IMG/VR virus record: IMGVR_UViG_3300042888_002988
Location: 64,001 to 128,000 of that record
Direction: 5' to 3' (one strand)
Source: a virus
Taxonomy: Duplodnaviria; Caudoviricetes
DNA: 64,000 bases
Below the pieces are notes generated by a model. That model ran no database searches. It saw only the letters and a program-made list of their open reading frames with translations, and was not told where the DNA came from. Shown here piece by piece: positions 8,560 to 17,350 of the stretch (the stretch's first letter is position 1; the number at the start of each line of letters is the position of its first letter). A program made the position numbers and the translations under genes.

Positions 8560-9708
8560 ACGACAATCCCGACGACCGGCCCGGAAGCCATCCTGGCCTA
8601 CCTGCAGTCCATGGACATCGACGCCTTGGAGCAAGAGCAGCGCGCCGCAATCGCTTCCGGCAGCAAGACCAAGCGCAGCCGGGCGGTGCGCCTGCTCAAC
8701 GCCGTCCAGGGCCTGCGGGTCAACGAGCTGACGCCGGCCGACCTGATGCTCAATTCGGTACCGGTGATTCCGCCGAAGTTCCGACCGTTCTCCGTCACTG
8801 GCAACACGTTCCTCCCGGGCGACTCGAACGAGGTGTATCGCGACCTGCTGGAGTATCGCCGCCTCTATCAGGACACCGAGAAGTCGATGGGCAAGGACGG
8901 CGCGTCCGAGGCCTACATGGACCTGGCGCGCGCAACCAGGGCTGCCTACGGCTACGGCGACAGCCCGAACCCCAAGACGCGGGCGCGGCAAGTGAAGGGG
9001 TTCTTCAAAATGGTTACCGGCACCAATCCCAAGACGTCCTTCTACCAGCAGAAGATGCTGTCCAAGCCGGTGGACAGCGTCGGCCGCGGCGTCATCGTGC
9101 CTGACGCCGACCTGGGCATGGATGACGTCGGGCTGCCCGAGGAAATGGCGTGGAAGCTGTTCGGCAACTACGTCCAGCGCAGCCTGGTTCGCTCCGGCAT
9201 GCCGGCCGCCGCTGCGCTGAAGCACCTGACAGAGCGCACGCCAATGGCCCGCAAGGCTCTGGACTACGAGATGTCCACCGAACTCGACAAGAACGGGCGC
9301 ATGGTCCCGCGCCGGCCCGTGGTGATCACCCGGTCGCCCGCATGGCACCGCACCAACACGATCGGCCAGCGTGCCCGCATTGTCGACGGCGACGCGATCC
9401 GCGTGAACACCTTCATCACTGAGGGTGCCAACGCGGACTTCGACGGCGACACGATGTCGGTTCACGTCCCGACCACCGACGAGGCGGTCAAGGATGTCAG
9501 GGAAAAAATGATGGCTTCCAGAATGCTGTGGTCGATCAAGGACCGCAGCAAGACGATGGCCAACCCCAAGCACGAGCAGATCTTGGGCCTCAGCATGGGC
9601 CAGCTGCCGGGAGGCAAGCGGCACAAGTTCGGGAACGACGACGACGCCATGGCCGCCATCGAGCGCGGCGAAGTGGACCTGAATGACGATATCGAAATCA
9701 CCAAATGA
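8557..9708 (+). CDS. rpoC: Phage multi-subunit RNA polymerase beta-prime, catalytic fragment
   Basis: TGPEAILAYL, NSVPVIPPKFRP, LSKPVDSVGRGVIVP, GLPEEMAWKLF, PVVITRSPAWHR and NADFDGDTMSVHVP (Mg-binding DFDGD within 9430-9450) match beta-prime conserved regions; lacks the N-terminal Zn domain and the C-terminal half. Confidence 0.95.
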   Translation: MTTIPTTGPEAILAYLQSMDIDALEQEQRAAIASGSKTKRSRAVRLLNAVQGLRVNELTPADLMLNSVPVIPPKFRPFSVTGNTFLPGDSNEVYRDLLEYRRLYQDTEKSMGKDGASEAYMDLARATRAAYGYGDSPNPKTRARQVKGFFKMVTGTNPKTSFYQQKMLSKPVDSVGRGVIVPDADLGMDDVGLPEEMAWKLFGNYVQRSLVRSGMPAAAALKHLTERTPMARKALDYEMSTELDKNGRMVPRRPVVITRSPAWHRTNTIGQRARIVDGDAIRVNTFITEGANADFDGDTMSVHVPTTDEAVKDVREKMMASRMLWSIKDRSKTMANPKHEQILGLSMGQLPGGKRHKFGNDDDAMAAIERGEVDLNDDIEITK

Positions 9709-10445
9709 GCCGATTACCTAATAAAAAAATCACCACCACCATCCCAGGCGTGAAATTCTGGCACAAGATGCCGCTCAACGACGGAACTTTCACGGACGGT
9801 GATAAAGACGTATTAGATTCATGCCAAGACCATTTGTGGTCGAGCTTGAATCTAAAGGGCAGCACTGTGTTGGACGCAGGCTGCTGGGACGGAGGGTTCT
9901 CGTTCTTGGCGGAGAAAGCCGGCGCAACACGGGTGGTGTCTATGGACAGGGCCGATACCAGAGGTGGAATTCCTGGGACGTCTGGTTATCACTTCCTGCA
10001 CGCCCATTACGCCAGCAAGTGCGAATACCTTGATCACAACATTTACACTTGCCACGAGGTGTTGCGCGAGCGGGAGTTCGATGTGGTCTTGGGGTATGGC
10101 ATTCTCTACCATATGAGCGATCCGCTACTATCGTTGCGCAACCTGTTTCGAGTGTGCGATAAACAGATCGTGTTCGAGGGAGTTTGGTATCGAAGCCAGA
10201 CACCACTGCTACACTTCAAGCTGTCAAAAAATATCCGCGGTGCTAAATCGGACAAATCGTTCGTGTATGCGCCGTCGATCGGATTCATGAAGGATGTGGC
10301 GGCGATCTACGGCTTCAAGCTTGCAGGCACACATTATGGTGCGCGGCGACAATCAGATAATAAATACATCCGCGGGTCATTGCTGTTCGAACGCTTCAGC
10401 TCTGCCGAGCAGGTGACGATACCCGACCGAGTGTTCCCCGTTTAA
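9705..10445 (+). CDS. Class I SAM-dependent methyltransferase (CmoB/DUF1698-like)
   Basis: VLDAGCWDGGFS (motif I), VVSMD, FDVVLGYGILYHMSDP; ATGA overlap with the RNAP fragment. Confidence 0.8.
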   Translation: MSRLPNKKITTTIPGVKFWHKMPLNDGTFTDGDKDVLDSCQDHLWSSLNLKGSTVLDAGCWDGGFSFLAEKAGATRVVSMDRADTRGGIPGTSGYHFLHAHYASKCEYLDHNIYTCHEVLREREFDVVLGYGILYHMSDPLLSLRNLFRVCDKQIVFEGVWYRSQTPLLHFKLSKNIRGAKSDKSFVYAPSIGFMKDVAAIYGFKLAGTHYGARRQSDNKYIRGSLLFERFSSAEQVTIPDRVFPV

Positions 10446-10741
10446 TGTACTACAGCCCAGCGCGCGAGGAACTACACGAATATGAATCAGCAACCCATAC
10501 CCACATGCCCATCGCAAGACTTTCCACCAAGCCATGGTGGCGCGGTATCGCCCCAGGTGATACCGTCCACTATTCGACCCAGCACGGCAGCCCAGGTAAA
10601 GGCCGGGTCGTCATGAGTCTGCCGACCCACGTCGTGCTCAACATCGGCGGCCGGCATGGCACACCCAAGCTCGTCGACGAGAACAACTACATGAGCCACA
10701 AGTCGATGCCGACGCCTAAGCCCCGAAAGAAGAAGTCATGA
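10445..10741 (+). CDS. Small basic phage protein
   Basis: GDTVHY...GKGRVVM...HVVLNIGGRHGTPKLVD, an SH3-like beta pattern; coupled to neighbours. Confidence 0.65.
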   Translation: MYYSPAREELHEYESATHTHMPIARLSTKPWWRGIAPGDTVHYSTQHGSPGKGRVVMSLPTHVVLNIGGRHGTPKLVDENNYMSHKSMPTPKPRKKKS

Positions 10742-10935
10742 GACCTACGTCTAACCCTATGAAAACCATCCTGCGAGTCTTACTGAAGCTGATCAAGTGG
10801 CCCGTCAGGTCTGCTTGTGTCATCCGCCGCCGGGCTTATGACTTGCTGGGCATCCGTAACGGCCGTGGCGTGCACATCCTCACGGTCAACGGGCAGCCTC
10901 TTGGATTCACAAGCTCACCCCCGCCGCGCCCATGA
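10738..10935 (+). CDS. Small hypothetical protein
   Basis: ATGA overlaps on both sides; alternative start at 10759. Confidence 0.5.
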   Translation: MRPTSNPMKTILRVLLKLIKWPVRSACVIRRRAYDLLGIRNGRGVHILTVNGQPLGFTSSPPPRP

Positions 10936-11195
10936 GGCGGAGAGGATTCCTGAAAGGCCTGATCGGCGGCATTGTCGCCGGTCCGGCCGCCTTGCAAGCG
11001 ATCGTTACCCAAGCTGCTCCGGTTGCCGTCGTGGCCCCGATCCCCGTGGAGGCCGCCGTGGTCTCGACCGTCGCCCAGCTGGACATCCGTGCCATCCTGA
11101 CGGCGAACATGCTGCGTGACATCCAATACGAAGAGGACAGACTTTTCCTTGAGCGCGTAGGCGCTATGACCCAACACCACTATGAACCGTCGTAA
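10932..11195 (+). CDS. Small protein with twin-arginine (Tat)-like signal
   Basis: MRRRGFLKGLIGGIVAGPAALQA matches RRxFLK followed by a hydrophobic stretch. Confidence 0.65.
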   Translation: MRRRGFLKGLIGGIVAGPAALQAIVTQAAPVAVVAPIPVEAAVVSTVAQLDIRAILTANMLRDIQYEEDRLFLERVGAMTQHHYEPS

Positions 11196-11820
11196 TTTCA
11201 TCCAAACCGTCGGCGCGACCATGTCCGCCTCCCTACTCCCTGTCTCTGGTGCCAACCTGCAGGCGCTGAAGCCGAAGCAGCCCAACATCCCCATGGAGAT
11301 GTATCGCCACTGGCACCCCGGGGTGATCCTCAAGCGCGTCGTTGAGCTGGCGCAAGAACATCCCGACGGCTGGCTGTCAGCCCACAGCTACCGGAAGATT
11401 CAGGGCGGCGACGGTTGGTGCGCCATCAGTGGCGGCTCCAGCACAGCCAGCATGCTGCGGGACATAGGGTCCACGATGGAGGACATTGCTGCCGTCGTAG
11501 GGATCCCAGAGTGCCTCCGCGGCGCCGATTTGTCGCAGATCGATCCGGCGGTGCAGCTGCACCACATCACCCGCGGACAGAGCATCCACGAGCACGTCTA
11601 CCCAGGCGAGACGCATATCTACTGGACTGTCGGCGGCCCATTCCTCGTGCTCTGCTACGTCCTACCTGACAAAAGTCGATTCATCTTCAAGGTGGGCGAG
11701 CGCGGAGATGACCAGCACAAGCTGCGACTGGATACCCCGGAGCACCAGCTTGAGTGGGTGGACGCCTACCGGGTCGAACTGCGTGGCACCTTGGCCGAAA
11801 TGGCCCTGAACTACCCGTAA
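11182..11820 (+). CDS. Protein with twin-arginine (Tat)-like signal
   Basis: MNRRNFIQTVGATMSASLLPVSGA; His-rich mid region (LHHITRGQSIHEH). Confidence 0.65.
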   Translation: MNRRNFIQTVGATMSASLLPVSGANLQALKPKQPNIPMEMYRHWHPGVILKRVVELAQEHPDGWLSAHSYRKIQGGDGWCAISGGSSTASMLRDIGSTMEDIAAVVGIPECLRGADLSQIDPAVQLHHITRGQSIHEHVYPGETHIYWTVGGPFLVLCYVLPDKSRFIFKVGERGDDQHKLRLDTPEHQLEWVDAYRVELRGTLAEMALNYP

Positions 11821-11881
11821 GTGAAGATTGCCAAACCTGGCGACGCGTTCTACCGTGCGGAGCACTCACTGCAAACCGCAC

Positions 11882-12175
11882 ATGAACAGAACATCACGCC
11901 AACTGCTTTCCAAGACCGCTGAGGTCTTGAACCGCCACGTCGCCGAGGGTAGCCCCCTCGGTAAGGAACTCGCTGCCGGCTCGGAAGTCGGACGAACCAC
12001 GGTAGTTGCCATCAACGAGATCCTCCGCGAAGCCGCGGAAGGCGCCACCCTGGTGTGCGCCACGGAAGTCGATGGCACCCTGCTGGGCTTTGTCGCCCGT
12101 GCCGACGTGACGCTTCCCTCGCTGGTCCCGCCTCCCCCGATGCAGGTCCCGCCGAGCCCCGAAGACGTGAAGTGA
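11882..12175 (+). CDS. Hypothetical protein
   Basis: ATG 11882 after an AC-rich leader. Confidence 0.55.
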   Translation: MNRTSRQLLSKTAEVLNRHVAEGSPLGKELAAGSEVGRTTVVAINEILREAAEGATLVCATEVDGTLLGFVARADVTLPSLVPPPPMQVPPSPEDVK

Positions 12176-12263
12176 AATTTTCCCGCACAGAGTGAGCGGA
12201 AATCCCGATACATTGAGAGGCGCCACAAAACGAGCGTAGAAAGAGGATTATCACACACACTCT

Positions 12264-12296
12264 TCCGGTCCCTTTCACGAGGGGCCGGATTTTTTA
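12264..12296 (+). terminator. Rho-independent terminator
   Basis: TCCGGTCCCT-TTCACG-AGGGGCCGGA followed by T6. Confidence 0.8.
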
Positions 12297-12379
12297 CCTC
12301 CAGCGGAGCGGTGTGTTTCTACTCGACTACGGGGCTGTGTGCATTAAGATACGGGCGTCCTTCACGCGGAACCTGACCT

Positions 12380-13429
12380 ATGCCCACCATCACTTTAGAG
12401 CCCGGCGGCGCACGTCCGCCCACACCCGAGGAACAGGGTTTCATTCGCTCCGCCATTGGCGTGTCTACCCTATACCGTAGTCAGGCCGCTGGAGTTCCCA
12501 CGCCACTCGATCCCGTGCCACAGTCCGTGGGGCAGTGGCTGCGGCGCGAGACTGCGGTTGTCGGGGAGTATCAATGGTACCAGTGGAACGGCACTGCGTG
12601 GGTGTTTGTTCGGCTAGACAATGCATCACCGGGTGGCGGGCCCGAGGTATTGACGCGTGCCGCCAACGCCGCGTATTACGCTTTCGCCGGTCACACATCA
12701 CTGACCGTTACAGGGATCGGCGGCGCGGGGACGCTGACCCTGGCGCCGGATGGCGCAGGATGGACTGACGGAGATTTTACGATCGGTTTGGAGCATTACG
12801 GAAGTTCGCGCTACAGATTTAGGCTCGAGAATCTCGCATTGGATGTCGCCGGTTACTCCGTGGAATTGACTAGCGGATCTCCGTCGCCAGTCGGACTGGA
12901 ATTCACGCTGAGCAACGGGACAGGAAGGGTAGTTGTCAGCGGCAACGTAAACGCCAACGTCATTCAAATCTTCCCGCCCGGCAGCGACGTCGGGCAACTG
13001 CTCTACGTTTCCAACGAAGTTGGTCCCGGCTCCTGGTATCAGTGGGACGGCACTACGTGGTATTACGTCCGCACCGATGACGAGGTGCCGACTGTCGGCC
13101 CCTACAAGCAAAAGGTATTGGAGGCCCCATGGAATTCCGCCTCCCCTTGCATCCTCAGTCGCGCGCGAGGTGAGTCGCAAGTCGGCACGACAAGCTCCAA
13201 TGTTTTACTGGGACTTCCAACCGACATGCTGGACGGGCAAACTCTGCTGCTGGACATCATCGCGTCCGCCGCGATAACGCTGAATTTCACCGGCTATCAG
13301 ATGCCTGCCGCGGTGTCCGGTCTCTTGCCGCTGTCCATCGCCTCCAATCGCGCTGTTCGCGTCACCATCCTACGGATTGGTGGACGTTTCTGGGTGCGCG
13401 GCATTGATGGTCCGATCAACCTCACCTAA
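12380..13429 (+). CDS. Putative virion fibre/collar-type structural protein
   Basis: Beta-rich, Gly/Thr/Ser-rich; duplicated W-Y-Q-W-(N/D)-G-T-x-W motif typical of fibre segments. Confidence 0.55.
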   Translation: MPTITLEPGGARPPTPEEQGFIRSAIGVSTLYRSQAAGVPTPLDPVPQSVGQWLRRETAVVGEYQWYQWNGTAWVFVRLDNASPGGGPEVLTRAANAAYYAFAGHTSLTVTGIGGAGTLTLAPDGAGWTDGDFTIGLEHYGSSRYRFRLENLALDVAGYSVELTSGSPSPVGLEFTLSNGTGRVVVSGNVNANVIQIFPPGSDVGQLLYVSNEVGPGSWYQWDGTTWYYVRTDDEVPTVGPYKQKVLEAPWNSASPCILSRARGESQVGTTSSNVLLGLPTDMLDGQTLLLDIIASAAITLNFTGYQMPAAVSGLLPLSIASNRAVRVTILRIGGRFWVRGIDGPINLT

Positions 13430-13440
13430 TCACGACCACC

Positions 13441-16272
13441 GTGCGACCGTCCGCCGTATACGCCAGGAACATGCTGATGCTGCACAAGCAGGCAGCCTTT
13501 GAAGGCTGCTCCGAAGAGCAGCTGCGATGCCTCGGCGACGCCTTCGGGCTCGGCCCTTACGCCAAGCCCTACGTGCCGAATTACCGTGAGTGCCCCAAGT
13601 GCCACGAGAAAAAGGCGCGGGTAAAAGAGGTCCACGCCGACACCGGGATGGATGACTTTGAGCTGAAGTGCGACGCCTGCGGTGCGTGGAGCGACATTGA
13701 GCCAGAGAAGTCGGCCTTCCTTGGGGCCGGCAAGCTGATGGGCAACGGCAAGGTTGTAAAAGACTTCATCCGTCATATGCGCGGGATGGATATCCCCATT
13801 AACCGGGTGCGTCCTGCGAATCCCGCAGCTATTCTGGCCAACACCAGCCACCTACCGGTCGGCGCGTCGCAGCACAGCTTCTCCAAGGTGTATCCTGGTT
13901 TGCGTAGGACAACCGACCTACCAATGAACACCAGCAGTTTGGATGTCGGCAAAGGGGTGCCTAGAGTGAATCTACAGATGCGCGATGGTAAATTCTTCCA
14001 GACACCTGGGGTGCAAGGCGGCACTAACCCGTCACCGATCGCGTCGATGTTCCACGAGGGAGGGCACGCCATGCACCAGCGCGAACTGCTGCGCGTCGCC
14101 AAGCAATCGCCCGAGCGCTTTGGCGGTGTGCCGCACTGGAAAACACTGGAGTATGGCAATCATTTCATCCCCGGGCAACCGGGGTTGTCGACCGTGCTGG
14201 ACGAGATCGGCGCCAACAACGCCGCCTTGCAGTTTGGGCAGCAGGCGGGGGCGACACCGGAGGCTATGAACTTCTATCGAGCAGCCAGACAGAACTCGTT
14301 CAATACATACAAGGGTGCGGTTGAAAACACCCCGCTGGCTCAGCAGGTGATGCAGCGCGGCGGCAAGGGCTACACCGATGACCTCAGAACCGTGAATCTC
14401 TACGAAGGGTTCGGTAAGTCAGCGAGCGCTGAGCTCGTCTTGCGAAAGAAGGCCTCAATCGCACCGAAGGACCTACGCTACTGGGACGATGTCAACGATG
14501 CGGTGGCTAAAAAAATCAGCGCCCTGACTCCCGAGGAGCAAGCTCAAGCTGCCGCTGGGCAGGTGTCGGTGATCGGCTCCTGTGGGCACCCGATACGCCA
14601 GGGCAACAACGGCGTGACCGTCGAGATCGGCAAGGAGTGCTTTACCTGCATGCAGGCCAACGCCCCGCTGTTGAAGTCCGGCAGCATACTGGAGCTGTTC
14701 GGAGGCGTCGAGCTCGAGAAATACGCGGTGGTCAAGCAGGATGCTGACACCGGCAAATGGATCCTGTGGGCCCGGGACGGCAAACGCAAGCTGGGCACGC
14801 ATGATACGCCGGATGAGGCCTACAAGCAGGAGTATGCGATCCAGAAAGCACAGGAGCGCAAGAAGTCTGCTTCGGCAGAAGAGACAGCGCAGGATCTCAT
14901 GAAGCGCCCGTGCTGCGGCTCAGGCTGCGATAACTGCCCCTACTACCCGCGCTACCAGAAGGGCAACACCGAGGTGCGCGCCGAATTCAAGAAGTCAGCC
15001 TCGTCGCGATCCGCAGAGATCCAGCAGCTGCTGAACGATTCCGACATTCCGGCTGACGTCTATTTCTACACGGACGGTAAGGGGCGCGCCACCGTATGCC
15101 TCGGCGACTGGCACGAAGATCCTGTGCCCGACATCGCCATACAGTTCGGGCGTGCCAACTGGGATCAGTGGGAAGATCCGGATGACACCGAGATCGGCAA
15201 GCCATCGTGGGCAACCGCTACCCTCAGCAAGCGCCAGGAGAAGGCTGCAGCCATCGCCGCCCACATCCGCCGAGCCCGCAACGTCACCCACACTGACCCC
15301 ACGCCGGCTCAGGCCCACGAGGGTAACTATCGCAAGGGTGAGTTCACCATGCACGGCATGACCATCAAGCTTGAAAATCCCAAGGGCACCACGCGCCGCG
15401 GTTACAAGGACGGGAAGGAGATCTGGGCGCGCGTCATGCAAGCCGACTACGGCTACTTCAAAGGCACTGAAGCGGTGGACGGCGATGCCATTGACTGTTT
15501 CGTCGGCCCGAATCCAGACAGCGAGATGGTGGTGGCGATCGACCAATACCGGGGCGATACCTTCGACGAGACCAAGTTTGTCCTGGGGGTCGACTCCCAG
15601 GACGAGGGCTCCAAACTTTACCTGGCACACTACCCGAAGGGATGGCGGCTCGGCCCCGTCTCGACCACTACCGTGCAGCAGCTCAAGGCGTGGCTGAAGG
15701 CCGGCAAGCACAAGGTGCCGTTCAAGGGGCAGCTGGTGAAAGCGGCTTCGATTAGCGGGCTGCTGCGTTCTGCGCTCTCCGCTCGGTCCTTGAAGCCATT
15801 CGCCACCAACGCGCCCATGTCCCGGCGTGTGTTCTTTGACAAGTCCATCAGGAAGGCTGCGCCGATGATGTTGCCGGACACCCCCATGGTGCAGGCTGGC
15901 TTCAAGGGGCTCGCCGCTGCCACCAACAAGGATGTCGTGAGCAAGGTAGGCGACACGATCGGCGCTGTCGGGAAGATCGGCCAACCGCACACTCCGCAAG
16001 CATTGCCGAAGATGGTTGCTGCGGGCGGTGCAAATCCGTCTCGAAATTTCACGGACGCAGCAGAGCGCATGATACCCGCAGTGCCCAAAGCTCCCGCAGA
16101 GCTGCCAGGCGTGGCGGCGATGGCCATGCTTCCGGGAACCTACTCACGAAGGTCGTTGCTGCAACGGTTTCTGCTCGCCAGCGCGACCGACGCCAACACG
16201 CTTCCCACGCTGGCTCGGTTTGGAGCTGGCGTAACAAGCGGGGCAGGCAATGTGGCCAATATGCTGGCATGA
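13441..16272 (+). CDS. Modular polyvalent protein: Zn ribbon, HExxH zincin, CCGSGCxNCPY domain, InPase domain; KxA-delimited
   Basis: CPKC..CDAC; HEGGH (14053-14067) with downstream DEIGAN; CCGSGCDNCPY (from 14911); PTPAQAHEGNYRKG...IKLENPKG...DYGYFKGT..VDGDAIDCFVGP...FDETK (about 15250-15747). Start may be ATG 13471. Confidence 0.85.
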   Translation: MRPSAVYARNMLMLHKQAAFEGCSEEQLRCLGDAFGLGPYAKPYVPNYRECPKCHEKKARVKEVHADTGMDDFELKCDACGAWSDIEPEKSAFLGAGKLMGNGKVVKDFIRHMRGMDIPINRVRPANPAAILANTSHLPVGASQHSFSKVYPGLRRTTDLPMNTSSLDVGKGVPRVNLQMRDGKFFQTPGVQGGTNPSPIASMFHEGGHAMHQRELLRVAKQSPERFGGVPHWKTLEYGNHFIPGQPGLSTVLDEIGANNAALQFGQQAGATPEAMNFYRAARQNSFNTYKGAVENTPLAQQVMQRGGKGYTDDLRTVNLYEGFGKSASAELVLRKKASIAPKDLRYWDDVNDAVAKKISALTPEEQAQAAAGQVSVIGSCGHPIRQGNNGVTVEIGKECFTCMQANAPLLKSGSILELFGGVELEKYAVVKQDADTGKWILWARDGKRKLGTHDTPDEAYKQEYAIQKAQERKKSASAEETAQDLMKRPCCGSGCDNCPYYPRYQKGNTEVRAEFKKSASSRSAEIQQLLNDSDIPADVYFYTDGKGRATVCLGDWHEDPVPDIAIQFGRANWDQWEDPDDTEIGKPSWATATLSKRQEKAAAIAAHIRRARNVTHTDPTPAQAHEGNYRKGEFTMHGMTIKLENPKGTTRRGYKDGKEIWARVMQADYGYFKGTEAVDGDAIDCFVGPNPDSEMVVAIDQYRGDTFDETKFVLGVDSQDEGSKLYLAHYPKGWRLGPVSTTTVQQLKAWLKAGKHKVPFKGQLVKAASISGLLRSALSARSLKPFATNAPMSRRVFFDKSIRKAAPMMLPDTPMVQAGFKGLAAATNKDVVSKVGDTIGAVGKIGQPHTPQALPKMVAAGGANPSRNFTDAAERMIPAVPKAPAELPGVAAMAMLPGTYSRRSLLQRFLLASATDANTLPTLARFGAGVTSGAGNVANMLA

Positions 16273-16297
16273 CCTGATCGCCAGGTGCCTGGGTGTA

Positions 16298-16337
16298 TGC
16301 AAGTCCATGACCGCCGGTGTCATAAGGATTTGCTATG
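16298..16337 (+). promoter_or_regulatory. Class A phage promoter-like motif
   Basis: TGCAAG-N17-CATAAG-GATTTGCT-ATG(16335). Confidence 0.7.
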
Positions 16338-16964
16338 AGTACTACCAAGCCAACACCAACAGTCCGCCCCGCAACGACGGGGAAGGCTCAGCCCGTATCT
16401 GAAACCCCAACCTTCACGAAGGACAGCGAGATGCCTCTCTCCTACAGCGAGAAGTCTCCGTTGCTTGACGCGAAGCCGCTGCCGAAGCAGATGGAAGATC
16501 TGGATGATACCCAGTTCGAAAACCTGCAGGAGCAGCTGGCGCACGAGGCGTTCGTCCGCTCTCCAGAACATCGTGGTGACATGATGTTCCAAGAGCTGAT
16601 GCACGAAAAAGACCTGCTGACCCGCAAGCAGGTCCACAACGCAAAGGACGCGGTCCGCCTGATCTCGGGCGCGATCACGACCTTTGCGGATCACAAAGAC
16701 TCGCGGGCCAAGATCCGTCAAGACGACGGACCAGTCATCAACCATGCGCGTGAGCGTGTGGAGATGACCACCACGGTGAGATCGCTGCGCTTCGTGCGCG
16801 GTCGCTACACCGTCTGGGTATCGATTGCCGAAGACGAGGACGACGCCCGCTGTGGTGTCGTCATCAAGCGCCGCTGGCGTGACCCCATCCACATCACGGC
16901 GGAAGAGTTCCCCACGGTGTTGGAAAAGCTCGCCTGGCACTTCAGCCTGGCGGGGAGGATCTGA
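16335..16964 (+). CDS. Hypothetical protein
   Basis: 209 aa, preceded by a class A motif and followed by a terminator. Confidence 0.75.
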   Translation: MSTTKPTPTVRPATTGKAQPVSETPTFTKDSEMPLSYSEKSPLLDAKPLPKQMEDLDDTQFENLQEQLAHEAFVRSPEHRGDMMFQELMHEKDLLTRKQVHNAKDAVRLISGAITTFADHKDSRAKIRQDDGPVINHARERVEMTTTVRSLRFVRGRYTVWVSIAEDEDDARCGVVIKRRWRDPIHITAEEFPTVLEKLAWHFSLAGRI

Positions 16965-16972
16965 TCGGAATC

Positions 16973-17014
16973 ACACCGGGCCGGCTGACAACCGGCCCGG
17001 TGTTCACCTTTTTT
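16973..17014 (+). terminator. Rho-independent terminator
   Basis: ACACCGGGCCGG-CTGACAA-CCGGCCCGGTGT, a perfect 12-bp stem, then TCACCTTTTTT. Confidence 0.75.
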
Positions 17015-17020
17015 ACCATC

Positions 17021-17350
17021 ATGGAAAAAGAATACATCAAGGCCATGTTCGGCCAGCACGCCGTCCACGCGGCGTTCAACTACATCGTGCAGGAGTCCGG
17101 CACCAAAGATGAAGACCGTGGTCTCATCGCCGGGAACACCAGCTTCGTTGAGGCCATGAGCTTCGGCGGAGTGAACCACGGTATCCACACGCTCGTGCTG
17201 TGCGACGTCGTCATCCGCCCCAGGCTGGTGATCGCGTCGAGCCACCTGAAGGGATCGGGAGCCAGCGGGCTGTTCAAGGGCATGGCCCTGGCGACGGTCA
17301 AGCCATGGCTTGATCAAGGCAAGATCATCATCAACAATATGCCCGGATGA
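17021..17350 (+). CDS. Hypothetical protein
   Basis: ATG 17021 downstream of the terminator; ATGA coupling to the next gene. Confidence 0.65.
   Translation: MEKEYIKAMFGQHAVHAAFNYIVQESGTKDEDRGLIAGNTSFVEAMSFGGVNHGIHTLVLCDVVIRPRLVIASSHLKGSGASGLFKGMALATVKPWLDQGKIIINNMPG

Noticed and set aside
8557-9708. Host chromosomal rpoC or host contamination
   Set aside because: The gene is fragmentary and divergent, has no rpoB or ribosomal-protein neighbours, and is flanked by and coupled to phage-type genes with the same promoter style.
9705-10445. DNA methyltransferase (anti-restriction)
   Set aside because: It has SAM-binding motif I but no N6/N4 (D/N)PP(Y/F) or C5 PC catalytic motif.
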